Below, in pieces: positions 20,577 through 29,715 of a DNA stretch of 64,000 nucleotides. The stretch's first letter is position 1, and every line of letters begins with the position of its first letter. A program made the position numbers and the translations under genes. This stretch comes from Candidatus Kapaibacterium sp. (GTDB lineage: Bacteria > Bacteroidota > Ignavibacteria > Kapaibacteriales > UBA2268): assembly GCA_963665665.1 (NCBI GenBank), contig OY762428.1, positions 3,584,001-3,648,000 of the forward strand, written 5' to 3'. The notes under the pieces are model-generated. The model was not told where the DNA came from. It did not search any database and was given only the letters and a program-made list of their open reading frames with translations.

Positions 20577-20616
20577 GAATGACTATTAATTATTATGAAA
20601 AATTCTAAAAATATCT

Positions 20617-20687
20617 GACCCCACCCAAACCCTCTCCGAAGGGGAGGGCTTATTCAAAGCCCCTCCTTCGGAGGGGTTGGGGAGGTC
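20617..20687. repeat. REP-like palindromic element within flagellar operon
   Basis: gaccccacccaaaccctctccgaaggggagggct...agcccctccttcggaggggttggggaggtc. Confidence 0.8.
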
Positions 20688-20710
20688 AAAATAAAATATA
20701 TAAGATTATC

Positions 20711-21589
20711 ATGGACGAACTTTTTAACATAAACAGGGATAACGCAGCTGCTTCCATACAGGAAAGCAGGCTTGAGAAGCTTGCTTCTTTGAAAAGCACA
20801 AAAGCCGTAACCCAAATGGATGAATCCGAGAAAGCAGGGTTGGCAAAGGCTGCCCGTGGCTTTGAATCCATGTTCGTTCACATGATGATAAAAGAGATGA
20901 AAAAAGCAATGCTTGAAGAAGACGAAAGCGATATGAATTTCGGCGCCGATACTCTTCTGGGCTATTCAGATATGCTCCTTTCCGAGCAGATATCCAATAC
21001 AGGACAAGGTATGGGCCTGGCTTCTTCATTATATAAGCAATTAACAGGAGAGGATATTGGAGGAATTACATCTGAAATAATTCAGGAAATGCCACCTGCA
21101 TTTAAGCTGCCTGTTAGCGAGCATTTCAATTCCCCATCAGAATCCTCAGGAAATGTGATTCAGATTATGAATACAAATTCTTCAGATAACAGAATCAGCT
21201 CAATTAATGATCTTGTTCAATCTGCCGCAGATAAATATGGTGTTGATTCCAACCTGATAAAGGCCGTGATAAAGGCTGAATCCGCAGGACAGGCAAATGC
21301 AGTTTCACCTGCCGGGGCAAAAGGCCTGATGCAGCTGATGGACGGAACTGCAAAAGATATGGGAGTAAGCAATCCGTTCAATCCTGAAGAAAATATTGAC
21401 GGAGGTGCTAAATATCTTTCGAAAATGTTGGATAGATATGACGGTAATACAGAATTGGCGCTGGCCGCATATAATGCCGGCCCGGGAAATGTAGATAAGT
21501 ATGACGGTATTCCGCCTTTTGCAGAAACAAAAGCCTATGTAAAGAGAGTGGGCAAATATTACGATAACTATAATATAAATAATAAATAG
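20711..21589 (+). CDS. flgJ: FlgJ-like protein: rod-binding domain fused to SLT lytic transglycosylase
   Basis: N-terminal [16 protein letters not shown]; C-terminal [27 protein letters not shown]. Confidence 0.85.
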   Translation: MDELFNINRDNAAASIQESRLEKLASLKSTKAVTQMDESEKAGLAKAARGFESMFVHMMIKEMKKAMLEEDESDMNFGADTLLGYSDMLLSEQISNTGQGMGLASSLYKQLTGEDIGGITSEIIQEMPPAFKLPVSEHFNSPSESSGNVIQIMNTNSSDNRISSINDLVQSAADKYGVDSNLIKAVIKAESAGQANAVSPAGAKGLMQLMDGTAKDMGVSNPFNPEENIDGGAKYLSKMLDRYDGNTELALAAYNAGPGNVDKYDGIPPFAETKAYVKRVGKYYDNYNINNK

Positions 21590-21601
21590 TTCGGTGAATA
21601 T

Positions 21602-22039
21602 ATGACTGAAAAACTGACTGCGCTGATGAACCATGAACTTGAATTGCTGAAAAGGCTTAGTATGCTGGCTGAAAAACAGCAGATAGCTCTAATAAAGCAT
21701 GAAATGTCATCAGTAGAGAAAATAACAAAAGCACAAGAACAGCTTTCCGAACAGTTGAAAAAAGCCGAGGATATCAGGATAAATTTCCTCGCTTCATGGC
21801 TGAAAATTCCAAGGAAAGATGCAGGGAAACTACCACTCTCGTTATTGGAAAAGAACTTCCCGAAAGAGGAAAGCCTTAAGTTACTGGAACTGAAAGCAAG
21901 TGTAAAAGACACAATGACAGAGCTTAAAAATCTGAATACTACAAATAAAATTCTTGCAAACAGGGCAAATAACAGCGTTAATAAAATGATCTCGCTTTTT
22001 ACGAACGGTAAAAATCATGTTTGCAATGTTAAAATTTGA
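21602..22039 (+). CDS. flgN: Flagellar export chaperone FlgN
   Basis: Helical protein, L..LN..N..L motif, upstream of flgK. Confidence 0.75.
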   Translation: MTEKLTALMNHELELLKRLSMLAEKQQIALIKHEMSSVEKITKAQEQLSEQLKKAEDIRINFLASWLKIPRKDAGKLPLSLLEKNFPKEESLKLLELKASVKDTMTELKNLNTTNKILANRANNSVNKMISLFTNGKNHVCNVKI

Positions 22040-22096
22040 TTATTACTTGCAAAATAATAAATAATATCAGGAAGTTTGCTGATTCAGGGAGGAATC

Positions 22097-22453
22097 ATGA
22101 TTGAGAAAAAAAATTATAGGAATACTGATATGTGGCAAAAAACTGATGAACTGGTCAGTAAAATTGTCAGTTTTAGCGAAAGCCTGCCCAAAGACGACCT
22201 GAGGGACATAAGAAAAAGGCTTAGAACTTCAGCAGATATGGTTGCACCTGCACTTGAAGAAGGTTTCAGGAAGCGGAACAAAGTTGATAAAATTCGCCAA
22301 TGGATTAAAGCCAACGGAATGCTTGAAGAATGCAAAGACTATCTTTTGCTTGTAAAAACTTTAAAATACGGCCAGACTGACGAACTGGTAAAACATGTTG
22401 AAGAAGTATCAGAACTTTTAAAAGAAAATTATAATACTGTTGTTTCAAATTAA
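22097..22453 (+). CDS. Four-helix bundle protein (23S rRNA IVP / bAvd-like)
   Basis: YRNTDMWQK..EL, LP..D, LR.SA..V...LEEG, GMLEEC; GGAGG before ATG 22097. Confidence 0.75.
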   Translation: MIEKKNYRNTDMWQKTDELVSKIVSFSESLPKDDLRDIRKRLRTSADMVAPALEEGFRKRNKVDKIRQWIKANGMLEECKDYLLLVKTLKYGQTDELVKHVEEVSELLKENYNTVVSN

Positions 22454-22484
22454 TAAATAGCAGAATAATCACCCCGGAGAAATT

Positions 22485-23930
22485 ATGGCAACCGGACTAT
22501 CAACACTTGAAACTGGAAAAAGAGCCCTTGCAGCACAAAGGCTCGGGCTGGATATCACCTCCAATAATATTGCCAATGTTAATACCGAAGGCTATTCAAG
22601 GCGTACTGCTGTTATCACGGAATCAACGCCCTGGAATAACGCCGGTACTTTTCGGGGCACGGGAGTTGTGGCCGATACCATTAAAACCTACAGGGAAGAA
22701 TTTTTTGACCGGGAAATTAGAAATAATATTTCCAGGCAATCAACCTATGAAAGTGATGTTCAGATTTATACCAGGGTGGAAGCCATACTGGCAGAACCTT
22801 CTGATTCAGGGCTTGGTTCTGTTGTTGAGGATTTCTTTAATTCTTTCAGGGAATTAAGTTCGAAACCGGAAAGTATTGCTTTCAGAACAAATGTCCTTAA
22901 CAACGCGGAAACAATGGTTTATCGTTTGAATACAACGGCAGCACAATTTTCTGATCTTCGCAACGAAGTGGGAGATACTTTATACAGGAAAGTTGATAAT
23001 GCCAATACCCTGATCAAAGAAATAACACAGTATAATAAAGAAATCAATATTAATCGTTCGAAAAACGGACAGGCTGCCCAGGCTTATGTTGACGGGCGGG
23101 AAGCTAAGCTTGAAGAACTTTCGGAACTGATTAATATTAATGTTACTCAAAATGATGATGGTACAATAAATGTTTTTTCCGGAGGTATTAACCTTGTAAC
23201 CGGGCCGATTGCCAATTCACTGAAATTAAATGAAAAAGTTGATTCTGTTACCGGGGAACGAACATTTAGCCTTCGGAAAATTGATTCGGGAAATAATGCT
23301 TTAAGCAATATCAAGCCTCAGGACGGTGAAATTGCTGCTCTTATGCACCATTATAATGTTTCTCTGGATGAGAATGATTCCAGCGGAGATTATTCTGCAT
23401 ATACCGACCTGAACAATCTGGTAAATACTTTGGTAACAAAAGTTAATGATATAACTGTTTCCGGATTTGGCCTGAATGATACTGATGCTGCCGCTCCCGG
23501 AAGAACATTTTTTGAACCCTCGGACGGTTCAGCCGGTATGCTGAATATTCAACTGTCAGATGATATCAAAGATAATCCCGCTGATATACCGGTTTCTTCC
23601 GCAGTCGGTGAGGCCGGGAATAATCAAATAGCACTTGATATCGCTAATCTTTCTGATGATACCGGTTTCCTGGACGGAACAACCCCTAACGAATATTATA
23701 CTAATTATCTTGCAGGGTTTGCCGGGCTGAAACGTGAAGCAGAGAACAACAGTACAACTGCTGTACTGGTTACAGATCAGATGAAATCACAAAGGGAATC
23801 TGTTATTGGTGTGAATACAGACGAGGAAGCTATCAACCTGATAAAATATCAAAAATCTTTCGAAGCTGCTTCAAGAGTGATAAATACAATCGATGAAATG
23901 TTAACCACAATAGTTAATCTTGGAAGGTAA
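22485..23930 (+). CDS. flgK: Flagellar hook-associated protein FlgK
   Basis: NNIANVNTEGYSR, GTGV, FFNSF, GVNTDEEAINLIKYQKSF.A. Confidence 0.95.
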   Translation: MATGLSTLETGKRALAAQRLGLDITSNNIANVNTEGYSRRTAVITESTPWNNAGTFRGTGVVADTIKTYREEFFDREIRNNISRQSTYESDVQIYTRVEAILAEPSDSGLGSVVEDFFNSFRELSSKPESIAFRTNVLNNAETMVYRLNTTAAQFSDLRNEVGDTLYRKVDNANTLIKEITQYNKEININRSKNGQAAQAYVDGREAKLEELSELININVTQNDDGTINVFSGGINLVTGPIANSLKLNEKVDSVTGERTFSLRKIDSGNNALSNIKPQDGEIAALMHHYNVSLDENDSSGDYSAYTDLNNLVNTLVTKVNDITVSGFGLNDTDAAAPGRTFFEPSDGSAGMLNIQLSDDIKDNPADIPVSSAVGEAGNNQIALDIANLSDDTGFLDGTTPNEYYTNYLAGFAGLKREAENNSTTAVLVTDQMKSQRESVIGVNTDEEAINLIKYQKSFEAASRVINTIDEMLTTIVNLGR

Positions 23931-23945
23931 TAAACGGAGAGCGGA

Positions 23946-24929
23946 ATGAGAATAACAACTAATTCAGTATATATTCCATATCAAAGAAATGTTGCGGAGC
24001 TTCAGGAAAGTGTTTACCGTGAACAGATAAGGCTGAATACCGGGAAATATCTTGTTTCCGTTTCCGATTCACCCGACAGGCTGGCTGATACAAAAAAATT
24101 TACCACCGAAATAAATAATAACGAAGCGCACATAAATGTTATTGACGATGCTCTGGCGGAAATGAGAGTTGTGGATGAACAACTTGAAAACGTGTTGGAT
24201 AAACTGATCAGTATCAGGCAGCTTGCAATCGAATCATCTGCAACCGGTAATATGGGAAATCTTTACTCAATGGGTGTATATGTTAAAGGATTGCTTGACG
24301 ATATTGTAAACGATGCAAACCTTGATTTCAAAGGTCGATTTCTTTTTTCCGGTACAAAAACAACGCCTGATTCCCTTGATAACGATGCCAAAATACCTTA
24401 TGTTCTTGTGGAAGGAGAACCGACTGAAGATAATCTGTCCGGCCTGTCCGTTGAATTTAACGGTAACGATAAAGGCAGGAGGGTAAACAAGGATAAATAT
24501 TCGGACGAAAGAATTAATATTCTTCCCTCTGAACTTTTCGGTGAATCTGCAACAGAGATATTTCAGCCGATTATTAATCTCTACAATATTTTTACTTATG
24601 ATTCTGAAGGTAATAAAAGGGATGAAAATTCCAAATTTACCAAGGAAGAACTTGGCCTGATTGATGGCTACCAGAAGGAAATTGCAGATTTCCACACAAT
24701 GATATCAAATGCCTCCTCGCATAATGGCGGGAAAATGGCCAGGCTTGAAGCAATTCAAACACAGATGACTTATGAAAGCTCAATCCTTAAGGATATTCGA
24801 TCTTTAAATGAAGATACTAATGTAACTGAATCCGTAATACAATTGAAGAAAGATGAGACTGCCCTGCAATACTCAATGCGAATAGGCAGCCAGATGATCC
24901 CCGTATCTTTATTTGATTTTCTGGGATGA
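23946..24929 (+). CDS. flgL: Flagellar hook-associated protein FlgL
   Basis: MRITT, LNTGK, FLFSG, C-terminal SLFDFLG; follows flgK. Confidence 0.88.
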   Translation: MRITTNSVYIPYQRNVAELQESVYREQIRLNTGKYLVSVSDSPDRLADTKKFTTEINNNEAHINVIDDALAEMRVVDEQLENVLDKLISIRQLAIESSATGNMGNLYSMGVYVKGLLDDIVNDANLDFKGRFLFSGTKTTPDSLDNDAKIPYVLVEGEPTEDNLSGLSVEFNGNDKGRRVNKDKYSDERINILPSELFGESATEIFQPIINLYNIFTYDSEGNKRDENSKFTKEELGLIDGYQKEIADFHTMISNASSHNGGKMARLEAIQTQMTYESSILKDIRSLNEDTNVTESVIQLKKDETALQYSMRIGSQMIPVSLFDFLG

Positions 24930-24947
24930 TAAGCATATATTTACAGT

Positions 24948-25793
24948 ATGAAAATTAGTACACTCATAGGAATCATTTTCGGCCTGCTTGCCATTTTCGG
25001 AGCTTTTCTCTGGGAAGGCGGTACTATTGATACCCTGTTCATGCTGCCCGCGATGCTTATTGTTTTCGGGGGTACTTTTGCTGCAGGGCTGGCCGGATCG
25101 TCTTTCAGGCAGATGGCAAAAATGCCTCAACTGATTAAGATAGCAATATTTCCGCCTAAATATGATATAGAAGCAATAACCAGGCAGATTGTTAGTTTTG
25201 CATTCATGGCACGTAAAGAGGGAATTCTTTCATTAGAAAAACAACTCGGAAAGGTTAAGCATCCATTCCTGAAAAAATTGTTAACCATTAGCATTGATGG
25301 TGCTGACCCTGAAACTCTCGTTGATATTGTTGAAAAAGAAATGGAATATATCAGTGCCCGGCACAATGCAAATATTAACCTGTTCGTAAAAATGGGCGGT
25401 TATTCTCCTACCATGGGTATTATCGGTACTGTAATGGGGCTTATTGCTACACTTGCTGCGGCAGGCAGCGACCCCAATGTACTTATTCATCATATTGCAT
25501 CTGCATTTATAGCTACCATGTGGGGTATCCTGATGGCAAATATAGTATGGCTGCCAATAGGCGACAAACTTAAAACCCTTCATAATAATGAAATGCAGAT
25601 ACTGAACGTTATGCTTGACGGTATGTATGCCGTACAACTTGGCGAAATGCCATCGGTTATCAAATCAAGGCTTTCTTCTGCCTTCCCTTTGTCACAGCAG
25701 GAGAGCCTGATGAAACAGTCCACCAGTCGTATTCCCCGCTCGGCTCCAACTGTTAACCCGCCGGCACAGCCGGCTCCTGATCCAAAGAAGTAA
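24948..25793 (+). CDS. motA: Flagellar motor stator protein MotA
   Basis: ARKEGILSLE, GGYSPTMGIIGTVMGLI, AFIAT.WGI. Confidence 0.9.
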   Translation: MKISTLIGIIFGLLAIFGAFLWEGGTIDTLFMLPAMLIVFGGTFAAGLAGSSFRQMAKMPQLIKIAIFPPKYDIEAITRQIVSFAFMARKEGILSLEKQLGKVKHPFLKKLLTISIDGADPETLVDIVEKEMEYISARHNANINLFVKMGGYSPTMGIIGTVMGLIATLAAAGSDPNVLIHHIASAFIATMWGILMANIVWLPIGDKLKTLHNNEMQILNVMLDGMYAVQLGEMPSVIKSRLSSAFPLSQQESLMKQSTSRIPRSAPTVNPPAQPAPDPKK

Positions 25794-25831
25794 AAAAAAT
25801 ACCCGGCTGAAATTTCAGTCGGGTATTTTTT
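25793..25831. terminator. Bidirectional intrinsic terminator
   Basis: aaaaaaatacccggctgaaatttcagtcgggtatttttt between convergent genes. Confidence 0.85.
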
Positions 25832-25835
25832 GAAA

Positions 25836-26126
25836 TTATACAAATATTAAAAAGGCTATGATAATAAGCAGGCCAATGATGAAAAAGAGGAGGAAATCCC
25901 TGGTTTTGGTTTTTTTAACTGCTTTTTTTGATTTGTTAATATCCATGTAATATCTGCCCTTGTTTGCTTCCAGTATGATTCCCTTAGATACAAGTTTCCT
26001 GAACACAGGGCTGTCCTTAATCCCTATTTCAGATAATTTTCGTGCCCTGACCGGAATAGTAGCCCCGCTTCGGCGGAATTTCTCGGCAAATTTTTCCTGC
26101 GCCGCAATTAAAGAAGATGATGCCAT
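25836..26126 (-). CDS. Small hypothetical membrane protein
   Basis: Basic N-terminal domain, C-terminal TM helix, GGGAGA RBS. Confidence 0.6.
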   Translation of the reverse strand: MASSSLIAAQEKFAEKFRRSGATIPVRARKLSEIGIKDSPVFRKLVSKGIILEANKGRYYMDINKSKKAVKKTKTRDFLLFFIIGLLIIIAFLIFV

Positions 26127-26252
26127 AAGGCTCTCCCTGTAATATTATCAAAGTACCTTCTGTGAATTTTAAACTTTTATATTTTAATAAGAAAAAATGA
26201 AAAAGGCAAGAAAATAATTCCTGCCCATAAAGAAATTTATATTCGGGAAGTC

Positions 26253-26663
26253 TTAGAAACTCCCGGCATTGTTCATGATCGCAGAAAACATTGTGGCAAA
26301 AAAGGCAATGTAAAAAATTATCATTAATACAATAATTACAAGATAAATGATTGCAATTATTTTAAACAGGTTCATAGATTTGGAAAGAGCCTCAACTGCT
26401 TTGAATAGCATGTGGTCGCTTCCCTGGGTGGCAAATCCCTTGAATCCTTCAGCAGATTCTCTCAATCTGATACCGCCGATTATAATCGGTATGCCGATGA
26501 CTGCTCCAATGATAGATAAGCAGGACAGCGCCCCGAAAATTATTAAGAAAATCCCTACAAGGCCCATATCTGAGCCTAAGCTTGTTGATTGAGCCCTGAT
26601 TGGCCCGAGGTTAATCCTGTTTGCAGCTTCTTCCTGATTCTGATTGGTAAGTTCCTGATCCAT
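26253..26663 (-). CDS. DUF5362-like membrane protein
   Basis: GIFLIIFGALSCLSIIGAVIGIP..IGGIRLRESA. Confidence 0.7.
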   Translation of the reverse strand: MDQELTNQNQEEAANRINLGPIRAQSTSLGSDMGLVGIFLIIFGALSCLSIIGAVIGIPIIIGGIRLRESAEGFKGFATQGSDHMLFKAVEALSKSMNLFKIIAIIYLVIIVLMIIFYIAFFATMFSAIMNNAGSF

Positions 26664-26945
26664 TTCAATTCCCTTAATTTTAAAAACAGAGTATTTAATG
26701 TTTTGAATATTTATTATTATACGAAAAATTATTCAATTATTTATGAAATTATTTTCAATTATTTTTGCCTCGAAATTATCTTGCTATTATTCCGGTAAAT
26801 CAATATGAGTACAACAGTATGAGCTCAGTTTTATTACTATTTATTATGATAATTTTAAAGAAAATAAAATCCCTTCCCAAATATTTACTACCCGGGAAGG
26901 GACTTTCAATTTATCATGAAATCAGTAAAATATTACTGATCTGTT

Positions 26946-27800
26946 TTACTGCCCGATGAAAATCGGTTTTTTGGCTTCTTTTACAAGGTATTTCATCAGG
27001 CTACCTGCCATGAAATCAAGAATACCCTTGCTGGAATGAGCCCCGATAACAAATATATCCGGCCAGTCCATCATGTTGTCATCAACATATTTTATGATGT
27101 TTTTGCTGGTGTAAACTGTTTCTACATCTTTAAACCCATGGGCACGCAGGTATTTTTCCGCGTCGTTCAGGTAGTGGCTTGCCAGCTTATTGTAGTCATG
27201 GCTCATCAGTATCTTTACCCTGATATCAAGCGCATCAGGCCAGCCAACCTGTGCGAATCTCTGCAAGGCCCTGCAGGATGGTTTTTCGCCGTCGAAGCAG
27301 ATCAGTGCATTGAAAGGGCCGTTATCAGCAGAAGGTATTTTCAGGCTTTCCGGCACTGCAAGCAGCGGTGTAACAGCTTCATCGAGTATTTCGCTGAAGG
27401 AATCCCCGGGTTCGTCCTGGGATTCAAAATGGAAGAATGTTTTCGAACCGATTACAAGCAGGTCGTAAAATTTTGCTTCCTCAAGAATTTTATCGCTTGG
27501 GATACCCTGGCGTTCGTGCTCTTCGAATTTTATTCCTGCTTCCTTGCAGGAATTTCTGAATTTCTGCATCAAAATGTTGATCCTTTTATGTGCGGCCTCT
27601 ACCTTAGACTTTTCAAGTTCCCGGGCGTAGTGTGCTGCTCCGGCAGGTATAGAACCGATAGATTTTTCAATTCCGGGTATATCCAGAACAACAAGGCCGG
27701 TTACCTCGGCATGGTGGACTTTTGCCATCTCGATTGCTGTTGCCAGCGCTTTTTTCGAAAACGGAGACGGGTCAAGGGGTATTAATATTCTCTTTATCAT
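26946..27800 (-). CDS. Universal stress protein (tandem USP domains)
   Basis: MIKRILIPLDPS, DLLVIGS, second domain FDG...VIGAHS...GS; AGGAG before ATG 27800. Confidence 0.9.
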   Translation of the reverse strand: MIKRILIPLDPSPFSKKALATAIEMAKVHHAEVTGLVVLDIPGIEKSIGSIPAGAAHYARELEKSKVEAAHKRINILMQKFRNSCKEAGIKFEEHERQGIPSDKILEEAKFYDLLVIGSKTFFHFESQDEPGDSFSEILDEAVTPLLAVPESLKIPSADNGPFNALICFDGEKPSCRALQRFAQVGWPDALDIRVKILMSHDYNKLASHYLNDAEKYLRAHGFKDVETVYTSKNIIKYVDDNMMDWPDIFVIGAHSSKGILDFMAGSLMKYLVKEAKKPIFIGQ

Positions 27801-27987
27801 CTTCTCTCCTGACAAATTATTATTACGTTTTATCTTTTCATAACGATACAAAATTTTTCTTTACAAAAATAATGAAAATTTAACGCAAGCGATACAAATA
27901 ATTCAATAAGTAAATTGCAATTTTGTATGCGTCCGGGTAATTTGCCGTCCTTATAGTTCATACCGGCACCCAAAACTCCTATCCAAA

Positions 27988-28354
27988 GGCTTGAAGCCGC
28001 TGGTTGGATACAGCTAAATCCAATTGCCCCATAGCAATATAGCATTAAAAAAAATAATAAAAAATCTATTTTTTTTTTTTGAATTTCAGATAATTTTGTA
28101 TATTAAGTTATTCTGAGCGGTTAAATGGTAGTATGAAACGGTTGCAACAATAAAACGGAATATTTCCGGTTTATTGGGATTTTGATATTATTATTGTGCA
28201 ATATCAGGAGGCTTATGTAAGAAGAAAAAAGAAAATAAAAACCGACGGCCGGAAGCCGCCGGCTCATCGACGCGGAATAGCAGTTCCGCATGATAATTTG
28301 TTGTACATTTTAAATTTAATGAAAGTTTTTGAAATGAAAAAATTTAGTTTGTTA
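27988..28354 (+). repeat. Module leader, copy 1 (blocks 27988-28104 and 28207-28354)
   Basis: Near-identical to 33596-33710 and 33816-33962, including the first codons MKKFSLL. Confidence 0.95.
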
Positions 28355-29005
28355 TTTATCGCATATGCATTTGTTGCTTTGTTTGGAATTAAAGGAATTT
28401 TGATTGCCGATGATGAACCACCTTGTTTGCCTGATTGTGATAATTCTCAATGGATACCTGCATGGCCTGGAAACCCTTTATGGGTTGATGTACAGTTGTG
28501 TGACAAAACTTTTCACGTTGCATACAGATCAAGATTTGCCTGCAATCTCTATTATGATTATTATATTGAAGTGGTTTGCGGAGATGAAAGTGGTGATGTT
28601 AGAAATTGCATAACTCAGGAATATGGCGATATCGGTACATTTCTTCAGGCTGCGATAGAACAACTTTTGATTATTAATCCAGCTAATTTTCCTCCTACCC
28701 AAGACGGTGATTGTGAACCGAATTGGCGAGTTATGAAGGGATCATGTTGGTACTTGGATTGGTTTGATGATGTGCCCAAACATGAAGAAACACAATCAAT
28801 ATCTTATGGATATCCTGAATGGATTACACCATGTACAACAAATGATTGTTGTCTTGAATTTTTTAAGGTATGTCAAAATAATGGAGTAAGAGAAATAACC
28901 CAGACAGGTTACTTACCACCTGAAGATCCGACTTGCGAAAATACATATCCTGGGACAAATCCTTTTGAATGTCAACCAGTTTGTGGTTCTGTTTATAATA
29001 GGTAA
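28334..29005 (+). CDS. Secreted cysteine-rich hypothetical protein
   Basis: Signal peptide MKKFSLL...; 15 Cys; no recognised family. Confidence 0.75.
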   Translation: MKKFSLLFIAYAFVALFGIKGILIADDEPPCLPDCDNSQWIPAWPGNPLWVDVQLCDKTFHVAYRSRFACNLYYDYYIEVVCGDESGDVRNCITQEYGDIGTFLQAAIEQLLIINPANFPPTQDGDCEPNWRVMKGSCWYLDWFDDVPKHEETQSISYGYPEWITPCTTNDCCLEFFKVCQNNGVREITQTGYLPPEDPTCENTYPGTNPFECQPVCGSVYNR

Positions 29006-29026
29006 TAATTTCAGAAAGGAAAAAAT

Positions 29027-29614
29027 ATGAGAAATATATTAATTGTGATATTGATATTATTTTATTCGGAAAGTGTTTTTTCTACAGATTTTTCATTTGT
29101 AGAAATCAACTATATGAATGGAATAAACAAAGTTTCAGAAGATCAAGGTGTTTCATGGAAAATCCAGAAAAATCGTTTTGATTACGTTATCCTGAAACGA
29201 TTAGGAAAACCTTCCAGAAAAACTTTTGATAATGGTATAAATTGGAAGAGAGTTTCACAAAGTACCAATGTAGTAAAATATACTACACTACATAATGAAA
29301 CTAAGTTGTCTTATGACAATGGTATAACATGGATTTTCGAAGAAAAAAATGAAATTGATCAAAAGTTGAAAATAACTCCGAATCCATCATTGTCAAATGG
29401 AATAGTTAAAATTGGATTTCTGAAAGGTAATAATGAAATTGTAGTTCAGATTTCAAGTTTAAAGGGTAGTATTTTATTTACAGAAATGTTTTATATAAAT
29501 AATTTTGATAATTCAATTAAGTTAACAATCCCTGAATTGAAATCAGGAAGTTATTTTATAATCTTGCTCGGGGATAAAACCAGCCAGAGAGGGATTCTAC
29601 AAGTAAATAACTAA
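29027..29614 (+). CDS. Short BNR/Asp-box repeat protein with T9SS CTD
   Basis: SEDQGVSW, TFDNGINW, SYDNGITW; ITPNP...LKSGSY. Confidence 0.75.
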   Translation: MRNILIVILILFYSESVFSTDFSFVEINYMNGINKVSEDQGVSWKIQKNRFDYVILKRLGKPSRKTFDNGINWKRVSQSTNVVKYTTLHNETKLSYDNGITWIFEEKNEIDQKLKITPNPSLSNGIVKIGFLKGNNEIVVQISSLKGSILFTEMFYINNFDNSIKLTIPELKSGSYFIILLGDKTSQRGILQVNN

Positions 29615-29637
29615 TTCTTATTTGCTAAATTTATTAT

Positions 29638-29674
29638 AGGTTGTCGTATTTCAACTCTTAGGATACGACAACCT
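29638..29674 (+). terminator. Intergenic hairpin (terminator or mRNA stabiliser)
   Basis: aggttgtcgtat...atacgacaacct 12-bp stem. Confidence 0.55.
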
Positions 29675-29715
29675 CATATTAAGAATAATATTTGTAATAT
29701 AATTAAGGTTGCCTG

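Noticed and set aside
22097-22453. Diversity-generating retroelement (Avd-like gene)
   Set aside because: No reverse transcriptase, and no TR/VR pair with adenine-specific mismatches seen in the window.
24948-25793. Zorya ZorA or ExbB/TolQ
   Set aside because: Canonical MotA motifs, no long ZorA tail, and location in a flagellar operon.
27830-28045. Minus-strand ORFs starting MLYCYGAIGFS (also 33243-33653)
   Set aside because: Artefacts of the duplicated non-coding leader.
28196-28333. N-terminal extension of the Cys-rich protein given in the ORF track
   Set aside because: It translates the duplicated leader, is not kept as an extension in copy 2, and the signal peptide begins at 28334 (or 28319).
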